Source of the DNA: Eledone cirrhosa
Taxonomy: Eukaryota
Assembly: GCA_964016885.1 (NCBI GenBank)
Contig: OZ024752.1
Location: 8,928,001-8,992,000, forward strand
DNA: 64,000 nt
Reading direction: 5' to 3'
The position numbers and the translations under genes were made by a program. Positions 27,435 to 41,110 of this stretch are shown in pieces; positions within the stretch are counted from its first letter, which is position 1, and each line of letters opens with the position of its first letter. Below the pieces are notes generated by a model, which was not told the origin of the DNA, did not search any database, and saw only the letters and a program-made list of their open reading frames with translations.

Positions 27435-28256
27435 GTGAGAAGCTGAAAGTTTTATAACCCTGTTTTAACCCTTTAGCATTTACATTACTCTATATTAACT
27501 ATTGTATTTTCATGGAAAACACTTTATTTCACATAATTACCTCACCTGCAAGATCTTGATATTATTTATTTTGAGAACAAATAAGTATGAGCAGCCAGTT
27601 TAAATGTTAAAGAGTTAAGCCTATCATGACTATTTCTAATGAAATACACTGTTTTAATTAATTAATGAAGAATTTGGAGGGATTTACTAAAATTATTAGT
27701 AATTATTTCATTACTAAAATAGTATCTTAATGTAAGGTTCTTATAAAATTATTGGAAGGTTTTAATTTAAATGGAAACCTTTAAAATGGGTGATTTTATT
27801 TCATAGAACCGAGTTCCCACAGATACAAGCTGAAGTATATAGACAATTTTCCCCCACGCATATCCGCTGTTAAGTGGTCATGTAGGTGTCACGACAAAAA
27901 GCACCCAGTCCATGCTGTAAAGTGGTCGTGTGGCCGCCACGGTAAAAAAGCACCCAGTACTCACTGTAAATGAGGTTGGTGTTAGGAAGGGCATCCAGCT
28001 GTAGAGATCAAGCCAGAATCAGTTCCATATGAACAAGACAAGGTCAGCTGACCACAACAGGATAACCTGTCTAATCCATGCTAGCATGGAGACATCGACG
28101 TAAAACGGTGATGATGATGAACCAGAGCTGGTTTTGGTCGGATTAGTAACTAAAGGGTTAAACCATGTGGCATCATTGCAGTTTTGTCACATGCAAAATC
28201 TGAAGTATGTAGCATCTTTATCATTTAGAAATTAACAATATTTTTTACTTTTACAG

Positions 28257-28350
28257 GATCTCCCTCCTATTGAAGATCTGAAGATAACTGTTGATGAAAA
28301 GGTGAACCTTGTATGTGTTGGGTTGATTTCCACGATTATAGATTCTCTGG
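28257..28350 (+). CDS. NAF1: NAF1 exon 3 (DLPPIEDLKITVDEKVNLVCVGLISTIIDSL)
   Basis: AG/GT boundaries; start of the Gar1/Naf1 domain. Confidence 0.95.
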
Positions 28351-28369
28351 GTAAGTAATATGGCTTAAC

Positions 28370-28925
28370 TAGATATGTTTGACAGATATGTGAGGTTTAA
28401 CTACTGCTTGATAGATATGTGGTTTAACATGATCTTGTTTGACAGATATGTGAGGTTTAACTTGATGTTTGATAGATATGTGAGGTTTAACTAATGTTTG
28501 ACAGACGTGAAGCTTAACTAATGTTTGATAGATGTGAGGTTTAACTAGATCTTGTTTGACAGATATGTGAGGTTTAATTAATTGTTTCTACTTTTGGCAC
28601 AAGGCCAGCAATTACTCAGTGTATTACTGGTACTTTTATTTTATTGACCCCGTAAGGATGAAAGGCAAAGTTAACCTTGGCGGGATTTGAACTCAGAATG
28701 GCAAGGGCCATAACTCTGTGCGTCAAAGCATGGCATCCGACCCTCTATGTGAGGTTTAATTAATGTTTGATAGATATGTTCTGTTTGACAGATATGTGAG
28801 GTTTAACTAATGTTTGTCAGACGTGAAGCTTAACTAATGTTTGATAGATGTGAATTAACTAGATCTTGTTTGACAGATATTTGAGGTTTAATTAATGTTT
28901 GATAGATGTGTTAGGTTTAACTTGA
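28370..28925. repeat. Degenerate ~30-40 bp tandem repeat (TTTGACAGATATGTGAGGTTTAAC) interrupted by a SINE
   Basis: Repeated motif on both sides of the SINE at ~28580-28745. Confidence 0.85.
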
Positions 28926-30025
28926 TCTTCTGTTTGACAAATATATGAGGTTTAGCCCTTTAGCATTTAAACCGGCTGTGTCTGGCCAGATTGTAACCTG
29001 TCTGGCACATGTCATCATAGAAAGTGGACGTATAATGATGATGATATTAATAACTGATTTTAGAAATGTTTCAATTAGAAGCTGGACATGATTTGTGAGT
29101 CAGTTTTATGCCCGTTTATTTTCCTGGCATGGATTTAATGAGTTTGTAAAACTAAAGTCTTCCACATGAATGTTTACAGTATCATCATCATCGTTTTCAT
29201 GCATGGTTGGACGGGTTCTTCTTAGGACAGCATCTCTCCACTTGTCACGATTTGAGGTCAGCTCTTACAACATCTGCCCAGGTCTTTCTTGGTCATCCTC
29301 TACTGGGATTTCTTGGCATTTCTTCACCCATTGTCCATGCACATCACATGTCCATACCAATGCAATCATCTCTCCTGCACACCATCTTGGATTCCTTTTA
29401 AATCCAGTTTCTTCCTCAGTTCACCCAAGCTCTGCGTTTTTCTCACAATTACATTGCACATTGTACCATAATGTCCTGTGTTGACACTCCCTCACCACCC
29501 TCTGGGGAAATGCCTTCTCTATTCTGTCCATGTGGCCCCCACGGAGACAGAGACTGTACCAGCATTGCTGAAGTATTTTGCATAGTTAAAGGTCCAGTGA
29601 TTTTGTTAAATACCTTATTGAACTATTTTTATGCTTATATTGATTTCAAAACTGACGCTTAACCTGTTGACTGCCATGTATATTTTACACAACTACAGTT
29701 GCAGTGCCGGTTTTTTTTTTCTTTCAGTAATGTGACTATTTTTTTAAACAAACATTTATTAACAACACATATCTGAATGATTGACAAACATCACATCAAT
29801 AAACTAGTAACGCCATCTAGTTGTGAAGTTATGAACATGGGAACAAGTTCAAACATGTTAGGATGAGTTATCTCCTCTATCGCACTGAAGAGGTTAAACT
29901 ATTACAGATTTACTGTACACACGTAAAGGTTTATAATCATATTTTAATGGCATTACAATCCTGGGTAGATTGAAAGCTCTATAATGTGGTATCTGCTCTC
30001 TATAATTGTTTTTATTCCATTTCAG

Positions 30026-30111
30026 TTATAATTCAGTCTCTTGACTCTGAATCTTCACCACTCAATGATGACAGTATATTGTTTTTGGAAGACAGGACCT
30101 CGTTAGGACAG
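30026..30111 (+). CDS. NAF1: NAF1 exon 4 (VIIQSLDSESSPLNDDSILFLEDRTSLGQ)
   Basis: AG/GT boundaries; phase consistent. Confidence 0.95.
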
Positions 30112-30635
30112 GTATGTATATTTTACAGGTGTATTATAGATTTTTAGGGGTTTCTACTGTTTCATTTGTTGGATAAAATCTGTGGGTTTTTTTTCTTCTA
30201 ATACCAGAATATGTGGCCTAGTGGTAAGGGTGTTGGACTTACGATCATAATGCCGTGGGTTCGATTCCTGGACTGGGTTACATGTGTTCTTGAGCAAAAC
30301 ACTTCATTTCACGTTGCTAAAAATGAGTACCTGCGATGGACTGGTGAGAGTATTGTACTCTCAGTCGCTTCACGCCTTGAAACCGGCTCTACCAGGAGTT
30401 ACGGAACCATACATACATATACCAGTAATATAAAGTTAGATATTTTACTAAAACCTTTCAAATTCATTGAAAATTATTAGTAGCATGCTCATTAGAATAT
30501 TGTCTCAAAAGTGAATGAAATTTTGTTGAGAAATTTAAAATCCAAATTAATGGCACAACTTAGTGAATATATTAACTGAACCATCATATCAAGCAGTTTA
30601 GTTGTAACTCTCATTTTCTGTTTTATATCTAAAAG

Positions 30636-30796
30636 GTGTTTGAAATATTTGGTCCTGTACGAAGACCTTTATATTCTGTTCGGTTTAACAGCTCTAAAGA
30701 TATCATTGAAAAGGGGTTGGAAGTTGGCACAAAAATCTTTTATGCCCCTAAAGAATTACAGTACACCAAATATGTATTTGTGCAAGATTTGATGAA
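30636..30796 (+). CDS. NAF1: NAF1 exon 5 (VFEIFGPVRRPLYSVRFNS...TKYVFVQDLMK)
   Basis: Gar1/Naf1 signature EIFGPVxxPxYxVRF. Confidence 0.97.
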
Positions 30797-31999
30797 GTAA
30801 GTTTGTCTTCTTTTCTATTGTGTAATTGTTGAGTGTGGTGGTGTGTGTACTGAGTGAGGTCAGTGTTTTAGTGTGTAGTAAAATCGTGTGGTGTGTGTAA
30901 TGAGTGAAATCGGTTGTGTACTAAGTGAGGTTGGTTGGTTATTTGGTAAATATTGTGGTGTGTACTGAGTGAGGTTGGTTGCATAATTGTTGAATCATGT
31001 GGTAGAAAACGTGCCAGAAACAGTTCTGTACGAACGAGACACGGTCACCTGACCAATCTTGCCTCAAGTGGGACAAACCAGTCCAACCCATGCTAATGTG
31101 GAAGATAGATGTTAAATGATGATGATGTGTTTGTACTGAGTAAGGCCAGCGTTAATGTGTAGTAAAATTACATACTATCTGGGTTATACAAATCAGTAGG
31201 TCTCCAGGGGAAAGCTTGCATGTAATTTTTATACAAGCAGGGTTAGCATGGCAAGAATCTGACAGACTAGTTTAGTTCTTTTTATATCAAATGGTGGAGG
31301 ACATGGCCTAATGGATAAGTGTGTTGTACTTACGATTATAATGTCGTTGCTTTGATTCCTGGTCTGAGTTGCATCTTATGTTCATCATCATCGTTTAACG
31401 TCCATCTTCCACGTTTGCATGGGTTGGACGAGTTTGTTCCACTTGAGGCAAGTTTGGTTGGGTGACCGTGTCTTGCTCTTACAGAACTGTTTCTGGTAGG
31501 TTTTCTATGACTGGATGCCCTTCCTAACACCAACCACATTTACAGTGTGGACTGGGAGCCTTTTTTACCGTGTCTCCTATACGACCACTTTACAGCTGAG
31601 TATGAGTAGCAGCAATAGCTGGGGCTTTAACTCTGTGATAGACTGGTGTCCTGTCCTCTCAGTTGTTTAATGCCGTGAAACCAGGATAAACGCCGAGTGT
31701 ATAAACAATGTATTTCATTAGAAAGGCAGTCGTGAATAGTTTAAGTAGACTTTTAGAACATAATAAAAATGCTCTTATATAAAATATTAACAGAATGTTT
31801 TAATGTAGATATAAAAACTATAAAATTTATTACAGAAGCAAGGAGTGTTTCAGGCAGTTTGGTATCTAATAGGTTAAATTGTAATTGGAGTTGAAGGTAT
31901 TCCTGTTCATTGGATGTCAACAACATTATAGAAACTAGTGACAGAGTATCTATATTCTTTCTCTGATTTACTTGATGTAACAACCAAATCTCTCTTTAG

Positions 32000-32522
32000 C
32001 ATTTAGACCAGCCACATCCAGCCAGAATTCTCTCACTTCTTTTTATTTAAACTGGCTGTAACTAGCCACTCATACTGATGTTAAGGCATTGTTCTCAAAA
32101 TGAATATCAAAATCTCATAGATTCAATATTATGTGAGATAAAGCCTTTGCCGTAAAAATACAATAGTATATATACAGTAATGTAAATGTTATGTGAGGTA
32201 AAGCCTTTACTGTGAAAATACAATAGTATATGTAGAGTAATGTAAATGTTATGTGATATTATGTGAGGTAAAGCCTTTACTGTGAAAATACAATAGTGTA
32301 TATAGAGTAATGTAAATGTTATGTGAGATATTATGTGAGGTAAAGCCTTTACTGTGAAAATACAATAGTATATATAGAGTAATGTAAATGTTATGCGAGA
32401 TATTATGTGAGGTAAAGCCTTTACTGTGAAAATACAATAGTGTATATAGAGTAATGTAAATGTTATGTGAGAGGGGAAAATACAATAATAAATATAGAGT
32501 AATATAAATGCTAAAGGGTTAA
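32000..32522. mobile_element. TTAA (piggyBac-type) MITE with internal ~60-70 bp tandem expansion
   Basis: Ends in AATGCTAAAGGGTTAA; the CCCTTTAGCATT family also occurs near 11270, 13350, 16350, 18213, 27045, 42830, 43340 and 44615. Confidence 0.8.
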
Positions 32523-32842
32523 AAAAAAATTACACCTGCTGAGACGATCTATCACAGGACCACAATATACGATGTCCTTTTTGAAAATATTAGTGTGATT
32601 TTCTGTTTTTGGTGAATCAATGGATTACATGATACATCCATCCCACATTAGCTTGGCATGTTTCATGCTGAACCAGCATACCTAATGTTGAGTTAGACCA
32701 TTATCTCTAAAAGGGAGACCAAACTGCTGGAATTTGTCCAATTTTAGTAAATGGCAGCAGTTGATCTAGAAACTTCTTTCCATGATAATCTTTTTTCTTA
32801 GAAAAAAATTAATTCTGTGATTTTCTTTTATTTTATTTCTAG

Positions 32843-32894
32843 ACAAAAGGGTTCTGATGCATCATGGGAACATGACTGGGAACCACCAGAAAAG
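32843..32894 (+). CDS. NAF1: NAF1 exon 6 (QKGSDASWEHDWEPPEK)
   Basis: Naf1 signature KGSDASxxxDxEPP. Confidence 0.97.
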
Positions 32895-33052
32895 GTTAGC
32901 ATCCTTGTTATTTGGTTTTATTTTATTCCTTTTACTTTAATCTAAATAATTGGTGCAAATTATTTATTACTGTAATAGAAATAAAACTCCTTAAAATCTC
33001 TTGGGAAGTCAACTAGTTTCTTGGCCAAACTTAGTTTGATGTGTGATGAACA

Positions 33053-33315
33053 TACGAGGTGGTATCAAAAAGTTTCCAGACTACTTCTGTAGTGAGTCAA
33101 CAGATGGTAACATACAGTTGTGTGCCAGTGAGAGCTTGCAGTGACCTTCATGCACCAGTGTGCTGAGTGACATCGCTGTGGTCACTTCACATGTGAAATT
33201 TGTGTTTTTGTGATCACGTCTCCTGTACCCTGCGATATTGTCACCAGTAGGAAGTTGGAACAAAGCCATTGTGAAATTTTGCGTTTAACTTGGGAAGTCT
33301 ACCACAGAGACATTG
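33053..33315 (+). mobile_element. Mariner 5' fragment
   Basis: TACGAGGTGGTATCAAAAAGTTTCC terminus and decayed N-terminal VKFC..LGKSTTET. Confidence 0.6.
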
Positions 33316-33717
33316 AGTATATATATATATATAGATCATCATCATCATCACCGTTTTACGTCTGTTCTTCCACGCTCGCATGGGTTAGACGGGTTGTCCT
33401 GTTGTGGGCAGTGTCCGGTTGGCTGACCTTGGCTGGCTCATACAGGAACTGATTCTGGCTTGATTTCTACAGCTGGATGCCCTTCCTAACACCAACCTCA
33501 TTTACAGTGTGAGCTGTGTGCTTTTTTGCAGTGGAATGATAGGGACCCCAGTCTTATCTCATTTCTACAGCTGAGTAAACTGGAGCAATGTGAAATAAAG
33601 TGTCTTGCTCAAGGAAACAACACACCACCCGGTCTGAGAATTGAACTCACAACCTTTCGATTGCAAGACCAATGCTCTAACCACTAAGCCATGTGCCTCC
33701 ATATATATATATATATA

Positions 33718-34955
33718 AAGTATGGGTGCATAAAAGATGTAGTGGGATCACAGGTAAGCTAACTAAGAACATAGATTTTACATGTGGCCGGTGCTCTGGT
33801 GCAATAAGTAGCAGCAAGTGCCCACAAAATACTAGCTCCTTCAACTGCGCAGAGGGTTCTATAGAAATAGTGGACAGCTTCCGTTATCTGGGTGACAAAA
33901 TCAGCAGTGGGGGAGGGTGCTCTGAAAGTACAGTAGCTAGAGTCAGAACTGGATGGAAAAAGTTCAGAGAGCTTATACCACTATTAGCCGCTAGAGGGTT
34001 CTCCCTAAAAATAAAAGGCAGGTTATACGATGCCTGCATACGAACAGCAATGCTGCATGGCAGTGTGACCTGGGCATTGTGTGCAGAGGATATACGCAGA
34101 CTAGAGAGGAACGAAGCTTGCATGCTCCGCTGGATGTGCAATAGTAATATACGTGAACGGCAAAGCATAAACGAACTAAGGAAAAAATTAGAAATAAGAG
34201 GGATCAGATGTTGTTTACTCGAGAGAAGGCTACGTTGGTACGGTCACGTGATGCGCATGAAAGACGACAGCTGTATAACAAAGTGCAGGGCAATAAAGAT
34301 AGACGGTAGCCACGGAGTAGGCAGACCCAGAAAAACATGGGACGAGCTGATAAATTCCGACCTCACACGCTTACACCTCTCCAAGACAATGTCACTGGAC
34401 CGAGACCTTTGGCGGTACTCAGTAATAGAGAAGACCCGCCTTACCTAAATACAAAGTAAAAACCTACTACAGTCAGTAGGCACCTCTATCAAAACACACC
34501 CCCGTCCCACTACCTCCACCCCACCCACACCGCCCCTTTCAATGTAAAGTTATGTTGGTCCCACAACATCCAGGCCGAAACAAATGAGATCGTGTAGGTG
34601 TCACGACAAAAAACACACAGTCCACGCTGTAAATGTGGCCGTGTAGGCAACACGGTAAAAACCTCCCAGCCCCACACTGTAAATGTGGTTGGTGTTAGGA
34701 AGGGCATCCAGCTGTAGAAAACCCGCCAGACAGTCCACGCTGTAATGTGGCCGTGTAGGCAACACGGTAAAAACCTCCCAGCCCCACACTGTAAATGTGG
34801 TTGGTGTTAGGAAGGGCATCCAACTGTAGAAAACCCGCCAGACAGTCCTATGCGAGCAAGACAACCACTCTTGCCTCAAGTGGGAAAACCCCCGTCCAAA
34901 CCCATGCAAGCGTGGAACACGGACGCTAAACCTGATGATGATGATGATGATGATA
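33718..34955 (+). mobile_element. 5'-truncated RTE-clade LINE (3' part of ORF to 34448, 3'UTR, (GAT)n tail)
   Basis: WVHKRC..C..C finger-like segment, FRYLG, RRLRWYGHVMRM, GRPRKTW; tail shared with many short RTE-tail repeats in the window. Confidence 0.92.
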
Positions 34956-35070
34956 TTAGCATCGTAGTTGTTCCAAAACTACAAGTTGAAAACCCAGTCA
35001 TTTATTTAATATTTGTAATATTTTATAAAAAGAAATTGATTATATTTTGTTTTATTCCTAATATATTTAG

Positions 35071-35225
35071 TTCTTGGATTATTCTGACGACGAACAAGAA
35101 CGAACAATGAAGAAGAATAAAAAGAAATCCCATGTTGACAATTCTGAAAATGACACAGAAACTAGTAAAGAGGATAGAAACCAAACCCAGAGAAGGAGGG
35201 ACCCCAACAATCCGTTCTTTTTGAA
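35071..35225 (+). CDS. NAF1: NAF1 exon 7 (FLDYSDDEQERTMKKNKKK...)
   Basis: Naf1 signature DYSDDExE followed by a basic stretch; AG/GT boundaries. Confidence 0.95.
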
Positions 35226-35329
35226 GTAAGGACTGTTTTATTTTTACATTGATTTATTTTTGACTGGTTTACTTGGCTAGTCATTTACTCTGCAATCACT
35301 TTTAATGAGTTATGCCCCTCATTGTAAAT

Positions 35330-35660
35330 CCTGATTCCAAGCAATTTATATCTCTCTATTTCACTATACACACACACTGAGATTCCAAGCAATTTATATC
35401 TCTGTATTTCACAATACACACATACTGAGATTCCAAGCAATTTATATCTCTGTATTTCACTATACACACATACTGAGATTCCAAGCAATTTATATCTCTG
35501 TATTTCACTATACACACACACTGAGATTCCAAGCAATTTATATCTCTGTATTTCACTATACACACACACACACTTAGATTCCAAGCAATTTATATCTCTG
35601 TATTTCACTATACACACACACTGAAATTCGAAGCAATTTATATCTGTATTTCACTATACG
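35330..35660. repeat. ~45-bp tandem repeat (GATTCCAAGCAATTTATATCTCTGTATTTCACTATACACAC)
   Basis: About 7 copies. Confidence 0.9.
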
Positions 35661-35749
35661 GTAAGTTCCAACAGTCTCAATAAGAAAAAAAACTTCGAAA
35701 AACTACTTGTTTTCTTTTACAATTTGTCATTTTAAATTCATTATTACAT

Positions 35750-35978
35750 GTTATATATACCTCTATATACTGTATATATACATCTATATACTGTATATAT
35801 ACATCTATATACTGTATATATATATATATATATATATCTATATACTGTATATATACATCTATATACTGTATATATATATATATATATCTATATACTGTAT
35901 ATATACCTCTATATACTGTATATATACCTCTATATACTGTATATATACCTCTATATACTGTATATATACATCTATATA

Positions 35979-36009
<31 letters not shown>

Positions 36010-36050
36010 ACTATATACAGTATATAGAGGTATATATATATATATATATA
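35750..36050. repeat. (TATATATACCTCTATATACTG)n and (TA)n low-complexity repeat
   Basis: Direct inspection. Confidence 0.9.
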
Positions 36051-37199
36051 TCATTCATATAGAAAGCTGTAGTATCAATGTAACATATATGGCGTTACTG
36101 GTGTGTACTGTGTTAGACTTACAAACAAATCAACTAACGAACGGTCCCTTGGAACATAACTTGTTTGTAAGTGGGGGACTTTACTAATAAATATATAGAG
36201 TATACACAAAATAGCACTACTAGTTACTGCACACATATTATTGAAAGGCTTTGAGTTCAATTCTCAGACCGGGTAGCGTGTTGTTTCCTTGAGCAAGACT
36301 TTATTTCACATGGGCTCCAGTTTACTCAGCTGTAGAAATGAGATGATAGGACTGGGGTCCCCTGTAAAGTGGGCGTGGAGGTGCCACGGCAAAAAAGCAC
36401 CCAGCCCTCACTGTAAAGTGGTTGTGGAGGTGCCATGGCAAAAAAGCACCCGGCCCACACTGTAAAGTGGACGTGGAGGTGCAACGGAAAAAAAGCACAC
36501 AGCACTCACTGTAAATGAGGTTGGTGTTAGGAAGGCCATCTAGCTGTAGAAATCAAGCCAGAATCAGTTCCCGTATGAGCAAGCCATGGTCAGCCGACCG
36601 GACACTGCCCACAACAGGACAACCTATCTAACCCATGCTAGCGGGGTAGAACAGACGTAAAACGGTGATGATGATATTACGAAGAGTACTCTCAATACTA
36701 TAGAAGTAACAAGGACATCACGGCACATAGCCAAGCTACACAGAGCTGTGCTCAGTAATGCAGTGATGATGTAATAAAGATAAGATTAATAATTGTCTAC
36801 TTTTGGCACAAGGCCAGCAATCACCCAGTACATTACTGGTACTTTATTTTATCGAATCTGTAAGGATGAAAGGCAAAGTTAACCTCAGTAGGATTTGAAC
36901 TTAGATCATAAAGGGCCGTAACTCTGCAAAGCATGGCATCTGGCCCTCTACCGATACTGCCAATCCACTAGGCACAAGGCCAGCAATTTGAAAGGAAGGG
37001 GGAAAGTGGATTAAATCGACCCAGTGCATTACTGGTGCTTTATTATATCAACCCCGTAAGGATGAAAGGTAAAGAAGGGGATAGTGAGAAAACTATAGCA
37101 AAACACCAGTTAGTGAATGTGTGTGTGTTTATGTATATATCTGAGTATTTTTGTAAGTGTGTCTGTGTTTATATTTATCTACTCATACATATAAATGTA

Positions 37200-40100
37200 C
37201 TAGCGGAGCTACCCGGCTTCGCTCAGTGTTAAAAAGCTTATTTAGAAAAGAATAATATTAACATTTTAATCGTTATTTAAAAACTTCTGTAATTTAGTTT
37301 CTATTTTTTAGATTTTAACATTTATCTTTAAATGACTGAATGACTGACGAATTTAAAGAAAATTCGTTATAAGAACATTTAATTTGTTTTACTGAAGTGC
37401 TTTTGGATGCACAATGTTTTTTGTTTTTCCTTCTGGTGCGTACACGAATAAATCAGAAGGTTTACCGACGCGTGAGCAAGCCACATACAGCTGTCCATGT
37501 GAGAAGCATGGATTTTCTAAATTTAGTCCACACACTTGTAGCGATTGTCCTTGTGCTTTATTGATAGTCATTGCAAAGGCGAGTCGCACCGGAAACTGCA
37601 AACGTTTGAAATCGAATGGCGTATCTGTTGGAATTATTGGGATGCGTGGCAAGAGTACATCTTCTCCTTTAAATTTTCCATTTAAAATTGTAGCCTCGGT
37701 GATATTGTTCGTCTTTTTCACTGAAAGTCTGGTACCGTTGCAAAGTTGTGGTGGATTGATTTTTCGGAGAAGGATGATAGGCACGCCAATTTTCAATGTT
37801 AAAATGTGCGGTGGCATGCCTGGCAAATCAAGTGAATTCAAGAATTCAATTGGATAATTGATAATTTCGTCTTGATTCATTACAGTATCGATGGACTTAT
37901 ACGTTGTCTCTTCGCCTGGTATTTCGTTTTGAATGCTGAAATTAATGGCATTGACATCGGTGTTTTTGGCTGCTAATATAGCACGTACACTGAGCCACTG
38001 ATGATTTTTGTAATGCTGCGCAATATTTGGGAACACTTTGTGAATCAGTTCGTCTCTGGTTGCCGTGATTCTACAGAAGTTTGTTGGCAATGTGATACAT
38101 TTTGTGGAATCATCGATTACCATTTTCCCATTCCCAATATCCAGCAATTGTTTTGTGAAACGTTCAGCGGATGCGTCATTTTGTAGTTGTACACGCATAT
38201 TGTTTTTTAAAGTTAATTTCTGTACGTGTCGCCATAAAACTGATGATTTGAGACATGCATTAAGCTCATCAGCGGGTGTTGATCGCGGTATAACTGGTAG
38301 AGTTTGTCGAAAATCACCAGACAATAAAATGAGTGTGCCACCGAAGAGGTGTTCATTTCCTTTCAAATCTTTTAGCGTATTATTAAGCGCTTCCAATGAT
38401 TTTTTGTGCGCCATAGTACATTCGTCCCATATAATGATTTTACATGATTGGAGTACTTTACCTATACCAGAATGTTTGGTAATATTGCATGTTGATGTCT
38501 CAGCAATTTGCATATTCAATGGCAATTTCAGGGCTGAATGTGCTGTTCGGCCACCATCTAAAAGAGTTGCCGCAATTCCAGATGATGTGATTGCCAGTGC
38601 AATATTATTTTCTGATCGTATAGTTGCCAAAATAAGTGAAATGAGAAAAGTTTTGCCTGTACCACCTGGCGCATCTATAAAATACAATGTGCCGCTTTGA
38701 CTTATAATTGCCTGCATAATTTGGTCATATACTATGCGTTGTTCTGGTAGCAATTTGGGAAGATTCGTTTGAACAAATGTACCCAATTCGGCGACATCAA
38801 AGTTTGTTTCTCATTGCAAATCACGATCGAAAATGTCGTTTACAGATCGATTCGGCGCAGGCATTCCCAATTGTACCAATGTTTTGTTAGCGATTGCTAA
38901 ACATATGACCTCAATGGAAACCAATGCTTCATTATACACATTTTGTGTGAATTGAATATTCATATTTTGATTTGTTGCACGCAAACGATGTAGGATGTCT
39001 TCACTCATGTAGTCTTTATATTTTTCCCAAAGATCTTTTGGATTTGATGGGAAGCACGTTGTCAATATTATTGAGAATAATGTGCGTATTTGCTTTGGTC
39101 GAGCAGTATTCGATGCATCAGCGAGTGAAGTGTCCCGATGTCCATCATTTTCAAGAAGATTTAATTCTTGGCAAGCTTCACGATAAGTGGCACATACTTG
39201 ACCGTTTACTGTTCTCAATTCTTGGAATGATGTCGGTCCACGTATGTGTCCAGGTCAGGAAAATAAGGACAGACGAAATGAAGATATCAAATTACAGCAC
39301 TTAGTTAAGGGCTAGCTGAAAAAGTATTCCCTGTAATGGGAGTGGAAGGGAAGTAATGTGAAACAGACACTATACTAATTCTATTGAAATTATATTAAAT
39401 TAAAGAGAGAATTTACTAATTCTATTGAAATTATATTAAATTAAAGAGAGAATACTAATTCTATTGAAATTATCTTTAATTAAAAAAATTTCACACTCGC
39501 TCTTTCACTCACTCTTTGTCTATACGTTGATTTCTCTTTCTCTGTTTATAGCACTCACTCTTTGTCTATACGTTGCTCTTTCACTCACTCTTTGTCTATA
39601 CGTTGATTTCTCTTTCTCCGTTTATAGCACTCACTCTTTGTCTATACGTCGCTCTTTCACTCACTCTTTGTCTATACGTTGATTTCTCTTTCTCCGTTTA
39701 TAGCACTCACTCTTTGTCTATACGTTGCTCTTTCACTCTCTCTTTGTCTATACGTTGATTTCTCTTTCTCCGTTTATAGCACTCTCTCTTTGTCTATACG
39801 TTGCTCTTTCACTCTCTCTTTGTCTATACGTTGATTTCTCTTTCTCCGTTTATAACTTTAGAGACAGTCTAATATAGGGAGTGGTTCAAAGCAGCCAGAC
39901 TACTTGCTCTTTCACTCGTTGCTCTTTCACTCTCTCTTTGTCTATACGTTGATTTCTCTTTCTCCGTTTATAACTTTAGAGACAGTCTAATATAGGGAGT
40001 GGTTCAAAGCAGCCAGACTACTCGCTCTTTCACTCGTTGCTCTTTCACTCTCTCTTTGTCTATACGTTGATTTCTCTTTCTCCGTTTATAACTTTAGAGA

Positions 40101-40357
40101 CAGTCTAATATAGGGAGTGGTTCAAAGCAGCCAGACTACTCGCTCTTTCACTCGTTGCTCTTTCACTCTCTCTTTGTCTATACGTTGATTTCTCTTTCTC
40201 AGTTTATAACTTTAGAGACAGTCTAATATAGGGAGTGGTTCAAAGCAGCCAGACTACTCGCTCTTTCACTCTCTGTTTGAATATACGTTGATTTCTCTTT
40301 CTCCGTTTATATCTTTGGACAAACAAACAAACATACATTCATTTTTATATATATAGA
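37200..40357 (-). mobile_element. Internally deleted Helitron with both termini, in NAF1 intron 7
   Basis: 5' A|TCTATATATATAAAAATG at 40357; 3' hairpin GCGAAGCCGGGTAGCTCCGC then CTAG|T at 37200; inserted at AT with no TSD; internal tandem repeats at 39500-40320. Confidence 0.92.
37389..38786 (-). CDS. Helitron RepHel C-terminal Pif1-like SF1B helicase (partial; upstream part at 38811-39245 is separated by a stop)
   Basis: DAPGGTGKT, IIWDE, GDFRQTLPV, LCNGTRL, QFPVRLAFAMTINKAQGQ, HGQLYVACSRV. Confidence 0.9.
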   Translation of the reverse strand: MGTFVQTNLPKLLPEQRIVYDQIMQAIISQSGTLYFIDAPGGTGKTFLISLILATIRSENNIALAITSSGIAATLLDGGRTAHSALKLPLNMQIAETSTCNITKHSGIGKVLQSCKIIIWDECTMAHKKSLEALNNTLKDLKGNEHLFGGTLILLSGDFRQTLPVIPRSTPADELNACLKSSVLWRHVQKLTLKNNMRVQLQNDASAERFTKQLLDIGNGKMVIDDSTKCITLPTNFCRITATRDELIHKVFPNIAQHYKNHQWLSVRAILAAKNTDVNAINFSIQNEIPGEETTYKSIDTVMNQDEIINYPIEFLNSLDLPGMPPHILTLKIGVPIILLRKINPPQLCNGTRLSVKKTNNITEATILNGKFKGEDVLLPRIPIIPTDTPFDFKRLQFPVRLAFAMTINKAQGQSLQVCGLNLENPCFSHGQLYVACSRVGKPSDLFVYAPEGKTKNIVHPKALQ

Positions 40358-41063
40358 TGCATACACACATGCGTCATCATCATCTTCGTTTAACGTCCAT
40401 CTTCCACGCTAGCATGGGTAAGGCGGGAGTTGTCCCACTTGGGGCAAGGTTGATCAGGTGACTGTGTCTCGCTCATATAGGACTATCTGGCAGGTTTTCT
40501 ACGGTTGGATGCCCGTCCTAACACCAACCACATTTATAATGTGGAACTGGGAACTTTTTACCCTGTTACCTACACGACCACATTACACTGGACTGTGTTT
40601 TTTCTTGTCGTGACACCTACACGATCTCGATCTCATCTCATTTATTTGGACTGGATGTTGTGGTACCAACTGTACAGAGAGAGGATGATGTTAGTGGGAG
40701 TGGGAGGATAGGGTAGGGGTAGTGGATTGGGGTGTATATTTAGTTAAGAGGTGCCTACTGACTAGGTTTCGCTTTGTACATACAGCGTGTTGAAAAAAAA
40801 AATCCTAGTTCTAGAAAGACATTTTTTCATAAAATTTTACTCTATCATCATCGTTTAACGTCCATCTTCCACGCTAGCATGGGTTAGATGGGAATTCTCC
40901 CACTTGAGGCAAGATTGGTTGGGTGACCGTGTCTCGCTGGTATAGGATTATCTGGCAGGTTTTCTACAGCTGGATGCCCTTCCTAACACCAACCACATTT
41001 ACAGGGTGATATTTGAAATAGTGTTGTACCTTTCTGATATATATTCATTCATTACATTTTCAG

Positions 41064-41110
41064 GAAAAAATCTCTGGCGAATCCAAAGAATAAACACCAC
41101 AAGAAATATG
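41064..41110 (+). CDS. NAF1: NAF1 exon 8 (KKSLANPKNKHHKKY)
   Basis: TTTTCAG acceptor and G|GTAATG donor; converts phase 2 to phase 1 exactly as exon 9 requires. Confidence 0.8.

Noticed and set aside
37389-38786. Cellular PIF1 gene
   Set aside because: Intronless and bounded by Helitron TC...CTAG termini.
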